NCBI GenBank assembly: GCA_041485465.1
Contig: JBGPJO010000002.1
Coordinates: 6,629-70,628, forward strand
Direction: 5' to 3'
Length of the DNA stretch: 64,000 nucleotides
Source of the DNA: Minisyncoccia bacterium
GTDB taxonomy: Bacteria; Patescibacteriota; Minisyncoccia; Phycocordibacterales; JAKFXT01
Below, in pieces: positions 28,236 through 36,642 of the stretch. The translations under genes and the position numbers were made by a program. Every line of letters starts with the position of its first letter. Within the stretch, counting starts at the first letter, position 1. The notes below the pieces were generated by a model. That model made no database searches. It saw only the letters and a program-made list of their open reading frames with translations, and was not told the DNA's origin.

Positions 28236-28291
28236 GCGGCACAGTATACCCTAGGAAAACAAAAAAGCCCCGATTCGAGGGCTTTTTTGTT

Positions 28292-28774
28292 TTAATTTAC
28301 AACAACAATGCCTGTTTTCGACGTGTCATTGATGTTCTGATAGAGCCAGACGCCCTTTTTTGAAAAATTAAAATCAAATGTCCCGTTTTTCCCGACAGCG
28401 GTACTTTGTTTGAATTCGCTGTAGAGAGGCGGTCCCGAACTCTCAACCCACGCTATCATCATTACCTTGTTGCTCGATTTGTTTATGAATCGAACGGAGG
28501 TACCGGCTTTGACTGTGAGTGTATTTGGCGTGAAGCCATCCGAAGTGTACGTGACAAGAGAATCATACCCTTTGGGTTTTAAAGAGCCCCCTTGGGACGT
28601 GACGCCAGGGGACTGGGTAACCGTGGTGTTCTCGCTTACGTTCGAGCTTGTTGTCGTTCCCGTTTGATTGCTTGCTGACTTTCCCACAAAGAAACGATAA
28701 CCACCGATGAGGAGCGCGAGCCCGACTACGAAGATGATGATACACGTAATGAAAATTTTAGGATTATCAACCAT
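28292..28774 (-). CDS. Membrane-anchored cupredoxin-fold protein
   Basis: TM, Ser/Thr linker, GFTPNTLTVKAGTSVRFIN. Confidence 0.75.
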   Translation of the reverse strand: MVDNPKIFITCIIIFVVGLALLIGGYRFFVGKSASNQTGTTTSSNVSENTTVTQSPGVTSQGGSLKPKGYDSLVTYTSDGFTPNTLTVKAGTSVRFINKSSNKVMMIAWVESSGPPLYSEFKQSTAVGKNGTFDFNFSKKGVWLYQNINDTSKTGIVVVN

Positions 28775-28970
28775 GTTTGATTTGTGTCGATGTTGATACG
28801 TTTTCCGTCGTTGTTCCCTCCGGGGTTTTTATGTTTGTCGTGTCGGGGGCGCTTGGGAAGAGGGTCTTTATGGTCGCGGGAACCCCCATTGTTTTTGCCG
28901 TGTAGAAATAGCCGGCGCCGAGGATTAAAATAAAAATTACCAATCCTGCGGCGTATGAAAAGATATTCAT
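28767..28970 (-). CDS. Small membrane-anchored hypothetical protein
   Basis: 67 aa; N-terminal TM, Thr-rich tail; overlaps next start. Confidence 0.6.
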   Translation of the reverse strand: MNIFSYAAGLVIFILILGAGYFYTAKTMGVPATIKTLFPSAPDTTNIKTPEGTTTENVSTSTQIKHG

Positions 28971-29011
28971 GAAACTGGTTTTCTTAGGTCGCTTCTCCTT
29001 AGAGTGTACAC

Positions 29012-29722
29012 TTAAACGTTTGGCACTTCAATAATAAGTAAAGAGCTATTGTGAGAGGCCTCAATCTGAAGCGCCGAGGTTCCAAAGACACCGAGGGCGT
29101 CGCGTTTTAAGAGTGTTTCATCAAGGACGCGTATGTTTCCCTCGACGACGAACAAGAAAATACCGTTTTCTTTTTCAAAAAGTTCGTAGGAGATTTTTTT
29201 GTCTTTTTCAAATTCTCCGAGAGAAAAATAAGCGCGCTGATTTATAAAAAGTGCGTCTTTGTGCCGCGGCGAGACAACTAACTGAAATTTATTTTTTCTC
29301 CCCGTTAAATCGAATTTCTTTTGGTCATAGGAGGGAGCGATATTTTCTTTCTCCGGCAGTATCCAAATCTGAAGCAGGCGGACGGCCTCTTCTTTCGGGT
29401 GGTTGAACTCGGAGTGGGTAATGCCGGAGCCCGCCGACATGATCTGGACATCTCCCGCCCTGATCACGCCCTTGCCCCCGAGCGTATCTTTATGCTCGAG
29501 CGCTCCTTCAAACGGAATAGTGACAATCTCCATGTCGGCGTGCGAGTGGAGGGGAAATCCTCCGCCGCCTAAAATCGTGTCGTCGTTTAAAACGCGGAGC
29601 GCCCCGAAACGGATCCGCCTCGGGTCATAATAGTCCGCAAAGCTGAATGAATAGTTAGTTTGAAGCCAGCCGTAGTTGGCGTGACCGCGAGATTCTGCTC
29701 TGTACACTTCTTTTTTCATCAA
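29012..29722 (-). CDS. Pirin family protein
   Basis: FSFADYY, LRVLNDD, H.H.DMEI, MSAGSGITHSE, LQIWI. Confidence 0.95.
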   Translation of the reverse strand: MMKKEVYRAESRGHANYGWLQTNYSFSFADYYDPRRIRFGALRVLNDDTILGGGGFPLHSHADMEIVTIPFEGALEHKDTLGGKGVIRAGDVQIMSAGSGITHSEFNHPKEEAVRLLQIWILPEKENIAPSYDQKKFDLTGRKNKFQLVVSPRHKDALFINQRAYFSLGEFEKDKKISYELFEKENGIFLFVVEGNIRVLDETLLKRDALGVFGTSALQIEASHNSSLLIIEVPNV

Positions 29723-30510
29723 TACGGACGCTTCACATTCTCCTGAAGATAACGGGTGAAACGGATGACGGCAAAGCGTGGTAAAAAACGCTCGGCAAAA
29801 ATGAAAAGTTTGTTGAGCCAGCCGTAGATTGCGACCCGCTTGCCTTTCATCATCGCTTTGTAGCCGAAAAGCGCCACATCGGCTGGCGAGGGAAGAACTT
29901 TATTTCTGATAAGGCGGGTATTGTGGATGCCCGCGACCGACTGGAAATGGGTCGCGGTTGGTCCCGGGCAAAGCGTCGTCACCGTAACGCCGGTATTCCT
30001 CAGTTCGTCCGCGATTGCCTCGGAAAAATTCAAGACGAACGTTTTGGTCGCGTAGTACACCGCCATTTTTGGTCCGGGCTGAAAGGCGGCGGTTGAAGCG
30101 ACATTTAAAATTTTGCCCTCGCCCTGGCTCACCATTCGCGGTAAAAACCGCTTAGTGAGATACACGACGGCGATCATATTCACCTCCATCATCTGGTGTT
30201 CGCGACTCCACGGTGTCTGGTAGAAGTTGCCGAAATCGCCGAAGCCTGCGTTGTTGACCAAGACGTCGATATGACGCTTTTGCTCTCGAAGGGCGTGATA
30301 TATGGAATCGATATTTTCAATTTTTGAGAGATCATGATCGAAAATTTGGACATTGACTTTGTGATGGTGCTCCTCGATCAGTTGCTTGACGTGCTCAAGC
30401 CCTTCGCGGCCGCGCGCAACGAGCACGAGATCGTAGCCGTCTTTGGCAAAGAGTTTGGCGAATTCTCTCCCGATGCCGCTTGAGGCTCCGGTGATGAGCG
30501 CGGTTTTCAT
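29719..30510 (-). CDS. Short-chain dehydrogenase/reductase
   Basis: TGASSGIG, NNAG, YYATK. Confidence 0.95.
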   Translation of the reverse strand: MKTALITGASSGIGREFAKLFAKDGYDLVLVARGREGLEHVKQLIEEHHHKVNVQIFDHDLSKIENIDSIYHALREQKRHIDVLVNNAGFGDFGNFYQTPWSREHQMMEVNMIAVVYLTKRFLPRMVSQGEGKILNVASTAAFQPGPKMAVYYATKTFVLNFSEAIADELRNTGVTVTTLCPGPTATHFQSVAGIHNTRLIRNKVLPSPADVALFGYKAMMKGKRVAIYGWLNKLFIFAERFLPRFAVIRFTRYLQENVKRPY

Positions 30511-30547
30511 GGGGTCAGTATACCAGATGCCGTTTTCGATTTTTTGA

Positions 30548-31093
30548 TTATTTCTCGGCGGTCATCACGAAATACGGCGGGAGATTCCGGACAACATACT
30601 CAACTTTTACCTGATGGAAATATTTTTTAAGAAGCGGCAAGACGAGCGGGGAGTATTGATAGACGATGAAGCGCCCTTCGGGTGAGAGATTTTTCGCCGT
30701 ATTAGAAATGATCTTTTCGCGGGTTTTTGGTTTGAAAAAAGAAAGGGGAACGCCGGAAACAGCTACGTCCGCTTCGCTAAAGCCAAAGTGGCCGAAGTCT
30801 TCCGAGAGGAGGACAACGTCGCCTTCTATTATAGAGAGCCGCTCGTCTTTTATTTTACGGAGATGAGCGAGCAGATTTTCGTTTATCTCGACGGCGGCGA
30901 GTTTGCCTTCAGGCGACAGCTTCTCGAGAATTTTTTTGGTGACTTTACCTTCGCCCGCCCCATATTCGACGACGAGCCCGGCATCTCTTTTAATATTTTT
31001 GACAACAGCCTCGACGGTGAATCTTGAGCTTATGGTAATAGCGCCGATGCGATAATCTTTTGCCACCGTTTTTAGGAATTCAATGTTTTTCAT
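30548..31093 (-). CDS. SAM-dependent methyltransferase, PmtA-like
   Basis: IGAITISS, VEYGAGEG, SGVPL; start moved to ATG 31093. Confidence 0.8.
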   Translation of the reverse strand: MKNIEFLKTVAKDYRIGAITISSRFTVEAVVKNIKRDAGLVVEYGAGEGKVTKKILEKLSPEGKLAAVEINENLLAHLRKIKDERLSIIEGDVVLLSEDFGHFGFSEADVAVSGVPLSFFKPKTREKIISNTAKNLSPEGRFIVYQYSPLVLPLLKKYFHQVKVEYVVRNLPPYFVMTAEK

Positions 31094-31210
31094 TATCTTC
31101 CCATCTCCCAAACGGGTAATTTCAATTTTATCACACCACACCCTTTTTCTTCGCAAAAACCCTTCGGTATGTTAGCGTTCGGGGAGACTCTTTCACAAAG
31201 GGAGGCTTCA

Positions 31211-32221
31211 ATGAAGCTTCGTGATATAGATTTCGGCTCGGTTCTTGTGGCCTCGGGTACCAGGGGCTTCTTCGGAGAGGGATATTGGTTCCACCGATTG
31301 TGGCCCATACGAGGGTGGTACGATTTTTCGGGCTCAACGCTCGTTGCCAAGACGACGACCCTTAACCTGGAGCCAGGCAAAATGCCGCTTTCGAAAGATT
31401 TTCCCTTCGCTCCTAAGGGACTTTTCCCGAAATGCGTCTGGATCAATTTCGAGGACGGCTATGGACTGAATGCAATCGGTCTTTCCGGTCCCGGCGCAGA
31501 AGCAATCCTTCGCTTCGGGATAAAATGGGGCGAGTGGGCAAAGCTCGGCGGCCCGTTCATGGGATCGTTTGCTCCCGGAGGAAAGACGTCGAGAGACCGC
31601 CTGGAGGAAATGATTTCTTTCGTCGAAATGCTCCGGGACCGGCTCCGGCACTTTCCACGCATGCGGCATCTCATGGGCCTTCAGATCAACATCTCATGTC
31701 CCAATACCGGCACCGATCCGAACGTGCTCATCAAGGAGGCGAAAGGTTTTCTCGACGCGGCGGGGACGCTCGGCATTCCGCTTGTCCTGAAAATAAATCT
31801 TCTCGTCTCTGTCGAGACGATCAGAGAGATCGCCTCGCATCCGCACTGCGACGCGATTTGTCTTGCAAACACAATCCCCTTCGGAGCACTACCCGAGCGG
31901 ATTCACTGGGATGAACTTTTCCCCCACGGGTCCCCCCTTAAACGCTTTGGCGGCGGCGGACTCTCGGGACGGCCGCTTCTTCCGCTCGTCGCTGAGCGAG
32001 TCAGGGAGATCAGGATGATGGGAATAAACACTCCACTTAATGTTGGCGGCGGCATCCTTCACCCCGATGACGTCGACCTCCTTGTTGAGGCAGGACTTCG
32101 GCGCGGTAAGGATTCGATTTTCATCGGATCGATTGCAATGTTGAGGCCGTGGTGGATCAAGGAAACGATCAAAAGAGGGCACAAGCTTCTCGACGAAAAA
32201 AATAAACGGCTTATTGCTTAA
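31211..32221 (+). CDS. pyrD: Dihydroorotate dehydrogenase-like flavoprotein, class 1
   Basis: KTTT, NAIGL, INISCPN, ANT, GGLSG, GGGI; SD GGGAGG before ATG 31211. Confidence 0.8.
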   Translation: MKLRDIDFGSVLVASGTRGFFGEGYWFHRLWPIRGWYDFSGSTLVAKTTTLNLEPGKMPLSKDFPFAPKGLFPKCVWINFEDGYGLNAIGLSGPGAEAILRFGIKWGEWAKLGGPFMGSFAPGGKTSRDRLEEMISFVEMLRDRLRHFPRMRHLMGLQINISCPNTGTDPNVLIKEAKGFLDAAGTLGIPLVLKINLLVSVETIREIASHPHCDAICLANTIPFGALPERIHWDELFPHGSPLKRFGGGGLSGRPLLPLVAERVREIRMMGINTPLNVGGGILHPDDVDLLVEAGLRRGKDSIFIGSIAMLRPWWIKETIKRGHKLLDEKNKRLIA

Positions 32222-32296
32222 GACTCCGGCCCCGCCTAAGGCGGGGCCGTTTTATTTTGAGGGGGAATATGATAGTTTTGATCCGAGACTATATAT

Positions 32297-32386
32297 GGAG
32301 ATGTGGCTGAGTGGTCGAAAGCGGCACCGTGCTAAGGTGTTAGGGGTTTACGCCCCTCGTGGGTTCGAATCCCACCGTCTCCGCCA
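32297..32386 (+). tRNA. tRNA-Ser(GCU)
   Basis: GGAGATG..., anticodon arm GCACC-GTGCTAA-GGTGT, long variable arm, ...CGTCTCCGCCA. Confidence 0.93.
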
Positions 32387-32409
32387 GGAGTTTAAAACGA
32401 AGTTTTAAA

Positions 32410-32515
32410 GAGGGATTCGAAGCCCTTCTCCCATATTTACGAGTGATTCTTATCATGAGTAAATGAGAAAGGGGTACTGCGGCAGTAGGCCGAGAAACTC
32501 CCTCCCCCTCCGCCA
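32410..32515 (+). repeat. Degenerate tRNA T-arm/acceptor copy with structured insertion
   Basis: GAGGGATTCGAA...TCCCTCCCCCTCCGCCA versus tRNA GTGGGTTCGAATCCCACCGTCTCCGCCA. Confidence 0.6.
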
Positions 32516-32570
32516 GATTTCCAACTTTGAACCCAAGTAAAATAAGGGTTTTATTGGTAAAATAAAGATT

Positions 32571-33410
32571 ATGTCAAAATTACTCACCAAAAAAGAAGCT
32601 GTTGAATTTCTTGGTCTCGATGACAAGACTTTTGATAACTACTTCAAAAATGCGGCGGAGTTTCCATGCCTTGATCGGAACGGTGGCAGAGGCCGTTTTT
32701 ACTTTGACGAAGACACCCTACGCAAATGGAAAGATAGTCTGGCATGGAGAACTGTTGATTTGAGTAAAGATGACTATGCCCTGTGTTTAGATTTTGCACT
32801 TGCACAACACTTTCGCAATTATGTGCAATCAGATTTTGGTACTGGACGACAAAGAGAGTTCGGACAAAAAATAACAAATTGGGTCAAAGGACAACTCGGA
32901 GAAGTTGCTGTAAAGAAATTCTTAAAAAGAGAGTTTAATATAGATATTGAACTCGATTTTGATATTCGCGATAAGATTGTTTTGCAAGATATTACAGCCG
33001 TTAAGGAAAATGGGAAGATGAGAACGCCCAAAATAGGCATCGGCATAAAGTCGTCTAAACCAAAAAGTGCTTTCTTGGTACTCGGAGAAAATGAGATAAG
33101 GATAAAAGAGCGTAGATCAGATATTTATATCTACTGTCGCCCGAATATTCCCGATGACCATCTTTTAAGACTAACAAAAGAGGAAGTGAACGAAGCTGTA
33201 AAAAATAAACCCCATTATTCAAAATATAAAGATTTGATGCCCGACTTTATAAATATACCCTGTGAGGTTGTAGGCTGGTGTCATTACACTGACTTGAGAG
33301 AAACAAAATCAATTCCCGGACAAGAATTTGACGGCATACGATTTGTTAAAGAGTCCGGTCTCTTGAGAAAATCAAAGAAAGATTGGGAAGAGCTTATAAA
33401 GCAACTCTAG
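32571..33410 (+). CDS. Putative restriction endonuclease with N-terminal excisionase-like HTH
   Basis: LLTKKEAVEFLGL...RFYF...LRKW, then GQLGEVAV..DI..IGIKSSK; convergent with a C5 MTase. Confidence 0.65.
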   Translation: MSKLLTKKEAVEFLGLDDKTFDNYFKNAAEFPCLDRNGGRGRFYFDEDTLRKWKDSLAWRTVDLSKDDYALCLDFALAQHFRNYVQSDFGTGRQREFGQKITNWVKGQLGEVAVKKFLKREFNIDIELDFDIRDKIVLQDITAVKENGKMRTPKIGIGIKSSKPKSAFLVLGENEIRIKERRSDIYIYCRPNIPDDHLLRLTKEEVNEAVKNKPHYSKYKDLMPDFINIPCEVVGWCHYTDLRETKSIPGQEFDGIRFVKESGLLRKSKKDWEELIKQL

Positions 33411-34539
33411 CTCCCACCTCTACTCCATCAAATAAACTCGCCATCTCTTGTGCGTTAGCTTCCCCGTTAGTCATTTTTGACTCAACAAATTCATAAGGGA
33501 TTCCTGCAAAAGTTTTTAGCACAGCAGAAATCACGGCCTGTGCTCCGACCGGAGGCACTGCCATGCCAATTTGTTTCCTTGCACTTTCCTTTGAACCTTC
33601 AAATACGAAACTATCGGGGAAAGATTGAAGTCGTGCTCTTTCTCGGTTTGTTAGTGCACGATGCTCTGACCAGTGGTAGACATGTGTTCCGCCGCCTCCG
33701 CTCCCTGTAATAGTGTAAGAAGGCTTTTTGGGGTCTAGCCGTTTATAAATCTGACTCATGCGAGCACCTTTTACATTTAACCTCAAATGTTGCGGTATAC
33801 CCTCATACCAAGCATTTTCTCCGGCAGGAATATGTTTTAGCCGCTCAATAACGCCCGCAGATTGCTTAGTAAGCTCGTGATTTTGCGCGTCATCTGATAT
33901 TCGCGGATTTTCTATTGCTTCGCGCGCACTCATATAATTATTCTTTGTAGTCGGAGCAGGAACTTTGAATCTCAAACCCAAATTTTTTCTTATGCCGATA
34001 ATGACAATACGATGCCTTTGTTGCGGTACTCCATATTCTTCAAACTTGTATAAGTGTGGTGTGAGAACATAGCCCTTTCCTGCTGAACCGAGGTCTTTCA
34101 AAATTTGCTTGAAAGCGTTACCTCCATTTGCGCTCTGTAGGCCACTGACATTTTCTGCAATGAACCACTTTGGATTGTGTGTGTTTATTGCCCTGACTCC
34201 ATGAGAATAAAGAGGGCCAAATTTTCCATCAAAACCTTTCTGTTCACCAACGACACTGAAATCATTACAGGGAAATCCAAAAGCAAGCACATCAAACTTC
34301 GGCACTTTTTCAAAATCTATTTCTTGAACAGGGGCACAAACAACATTTTTTTCGTTTCCGTTGTGAATATTGCGAGCATATGTTTTACAAGTATCGGCAT
34401 CGTAATCGTTTGCCCAAACAGGCTCGATACCATAGATAGTATTTTCGTTTTCAGCAAAAGATCGGATTGCGCCGAAAGCAAGTCCCCCAGGGCCGGAAAA
34501 TAATTCTGCTAATTTAAATTTGATTTGTTTTTTATTCAT
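33394..34539 (-). CDS. DNA (cytosine-5)-methyltransferase
   Basis: ELFSGPGG, GFPCNDFS, ENV, PQQRHR, RERARLQSFPD, QIGMAVPP. Confidence 0.97.
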   Translation of the reverse strand: MNKKQIKFKLAELFSGPGGLAFGAIRSFAENENTIYGIEPVWANDYDADTCKTYARNIHNGNEKNVVCAPVQEIDFEKVPKFDVLAFGFPCNDFSVVGEQKGFDGKFGPLYSHGVRAINTHNPKWFIAENVSGLQSANGGNAFKQILKDLGSAGKGYVLTPHLYKFEEYGVPQQRHRIVIIGIRKNLGLRFKVPAPTTKNNYMSAREAIENPRISDDAQNHELTKQSAGVIERLKHIPAGENAWYEGIPQHLRLNVKGARMSQIYKRLDPKKPSYTITGSGGGGTHVYHWSEHRALTNRERARLQSFPDSFVFEGSKESARKQIGMAVPPVGAQAVISAVLKTFAGIPYEFVESKMTNGEANAQEMASLFDGVEVGARVAL

Positions 34540-34567
34540 AATATCTCTATTCCTATTTTACCATTTA

Positions 34568-35191
34568 TTAAATTTCTCGCCTAAGCACCCCAACAACTTT
34601 ACCCTGTATTTCAACATTCGTTTCGTAAAATGGCTTCATATATTTATTCGCCGGAACAAGTCTTATGCGCTTTTTCTCCCGATAGATCTTTTTAAGTGTA
34701 ACAGCATCTTTATCCGGTAGATACACAACTGCTTTTTCTCCATCATCAACTGTTTGCTGTTCACGAACAATTACAACGTCACCGTCCGATATACCTTCCT
34801 CAATCATACTTGTTCCGGCAACTTTCAGAGCATAGTAATTGGCGCCTCTTGAAAGCATACTGCGCGGGACTTCTATCGGCTCGGGGTTTCTGATTGCCTC
34901 AATTGGCCCTCCGGCGGCAATAAGCCCCATGAGCGGTATTTCTACCAAGTCTCTTTTTTGATCATTGAACGCTTGAATCGAACGCCTTTTGCCTTTATCC
35001 GCAGAAAGCAAATTTTTCTTTCTCAGATAGGAAATATGTTGGTGAATTGTTGGAATAGAAACCCCAAAATTCTTGGCTATCTCGCCAAGAGAGGGAGAGT
35101 AGTCCTTTTCTCTTTGAAACCTTGCGACAAATTGGAGAATTTCTGATTGTCGCTTTGATGGCTTACTTGACCCCATTGACTTCTTTCTCAT
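34568..35191 (-). CDS. lexA: LexA-family repressor
   Basis: wHTH (SPSLGEIA), Ala-Gly site IAAG, GTSM serine, VTLKK lysine. Confidence 0.92.
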   Translation of the reverse strand: MRKKSMGSSKPSKRQSEILQFVARFQREKDYSPSLGEIAKNFGVSIPTIHQHISYLRKKNLLSADKGKRRSIQAFNDQKRDLVEIPLMGLIAAGGPIEAIRNPEPIEVPRSMLSRGANYYALKVAGTSMIEEGISDGDVVIVREQQTVDDGEKAVVYLPDKDAVTLKKIYREKKRIRLVPANKYMKPFYETNVEIQGKVVGVLRREI

Positions 35192-35197
35192 ACTTAG

Positions 35198-35226
35198 AGT
35201 ATACTACCTAAAGATAACCTAAACAA
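35198..35226 (-). promoter_or_regulatory. Leaderless lexA promoter with direct repeat
   Basis: TTGTTT-17-TATACT, 6 nt before ATG; ACCTAAA at 35206 and 35217. Confidence 0.6.
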
Positions 35227-35255
35227 GTCCGGTTATCCACATAATTTAAACCAAT

Positions 35256-35456
35256 ATGAAATTAGGAAAACATCAAAAAACAGAGGAGGGTCGCTTTAGA
35301 AAAGAGCGATCCGACTCATCTATGGATAAACTCCGTAAAGAGTACCCGGTGTTAAATAAATTGCACGGCAACATTAAGACCTTGGGTGGTGCAGAAAAAG
35401 CACTGGGCGTCGACTCTCTTTCTCAAGTATTAAAGGAGGCTAGAAAGATCAAATAA
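35256..35456 (+). CDS. Small basic hypothetical protein (66 aa)
   Basis: GRFRKERSD motif; 4 nt before next gene. Confidence 0.7.
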   Translation: MKLGKHQKTEEGRFRKERSDSSMDKLRKEYPVLNKLHGNIKTLGGAEKALGVDSLSQVLKEARKIK

Positions 35457-35460
35457 AGAC

Positions 35461-36075
35461 ATGGAACCAGAGCAAAGCCTAAAAACTCAACACATTTGGT
35501 GTAGTGCCACTCTTACCAAAAAGATGGAGGATGTGTTAATCGGTTTTATTTGTAATCAAGCACAAAGCTCAGCCGGAATTTCAGAATACATCATTTACCT
35601 CTCAACGCTTGGTGGTAGCCCATTTTGCGCAGTTAATCTTTATAATTTCATAAAATCAATTCCACAAAAAACGACTGTCTATAACATGGGAAATGTTTTT
35701 TCGGCAGGCGTACCATTTTTCCTAGGTTTCCAAAATAGGATAGGTGTACCTGATTGTAGTTTTATGATTCATCAAACAACATTACCCAGAACTGCACTAC
35801 CGGAACAATTCAATCTTTTTGATCTTGATACTCAAAAAGCCACGTTACTTGGTGCTGACGACAAAACACAAAAAATAATCCATAAGGAGACTTCTGGCAA
35901 AGGGACAAAGTCTCTGACATTGCCAGTAATAAAGAAGGCTTTTCAAAACACCACTACATATACTGCGACCGAAGCACAGAAGTATGGATTTATAGATAAA
36001 ATAGAACTTCCGAAACTTCCAGATACGGGTGTTTTATATATAACAGACCAACACCTAGCAACACTTCCGGGCTAA
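35461..36075 (+). CDS. ClpP-like (S14) protease homologue
   Basis: YLSTLGGS, GNVFSAG, FMIHQ, TATEAQKYGFIDKI. Confidence 0.8.
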   Translation: MEPEQSLKTQHIWCSATLTKKMEDVLIGFICNQAQSSAGISEYIIYLSTLGGSPFCAVNLYNFIKSIPQKTTVYNMGNVFSAGVPFFLGFQNRIGVPDCSFMIHQTTLPRTALPEQFNLFDLDTQKATLLGADDKTQKIIHKETSGKGTKSLTLPVIKKAFQNTTTYTATEAQKYGFIDKIELPKLPDTGVLYITDQHLATLPG

Positions 36076-36081
36076 GCCAAT

Positions 36082-36270
36082 TTAGTTTATCGAATAATCC
36101 ACCGCATTTTGTCCTTTGATCGATTTCGGCTTTGGCACCTCAAACCATTGAGGATGTTGCTTGAACATAGCTCGCAATTCACGTATGCTTTTATCGATAT
36201 CTTCGAATTTTAGCCACCTTTTCGGTTCAAAGTTGCGGACATCGTCCCCGCACAAATTCCAAGAAAGCAA
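36082..36270 (-). pseudogene. Probable 3' gene fragment
   Basis: TTG-start 62-aa ORF back-to-back (2 nt) with another fragment; no room for a promoter. Confidence 0.4.
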
Positions 36271-36272
36271 AA

Positions 36273-36506
36273 TTGTTAAAAGTAGCGAGCTTGGATTTTG
36301 CCGAGGATGATGAGCTGATAAAAGAAATCAAAGCCGACTATGACTTCATTCGTAACAAACTTATCACACAAGGTTTTAAAGCTTTGACCGGAAAAGATGG
36401 CAAATGGATACAAGCTCGTACAAAAGGCCCTGGGCATGGCTCAGTAAGTCGTGCATTTTATGCGCGAACATCTTTTGTGAAAAAGATTTTTGAAATTGCG
36501 AGTTAA
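36273..36506 (+). pseudogene. C-terminal fragment of a MutH/Sau3AI-family endonuclease
   Basis: DYDFIR...WIQARTKG.GH...RAFYAR; no N-terminal catalytic part. Confidence 0.6.
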
Positions 36507-36642
36507 AGATTTTTATGCAACTTCATCTTTCACAAAACAAAACGACTACAATAGTATAAAATCGGTCAAATCTGGAAAATTTAAAATCATTGATTCCTAA
36601 TAATTAAAGAAACAAATACCCCGACACGTATGCGTGTCGGGG

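Larger units (their letters stand above)
32387..36600. mobile_element. AT-rich defence island/remnant at tRNA-Ser 3' end, no integrase
   Basis: Visibly lower GC than flanks; degenerate tRNA 3' copy; RM genes, LexA, gene fragments. Right boundary approximate. Confidence 0.6.

Noticed and set aside
32214-32408. ORFs overlapping RNA genes (also 55079..55693, 55093..55371, 25906..26139)
   Set aside because: They coincide with tRNA genes and terminators.
32387-36600. Intact prophage or integrative element
   Set aside because: No integrase, transposase, structural or conjugation genes; no distal att copy seen.
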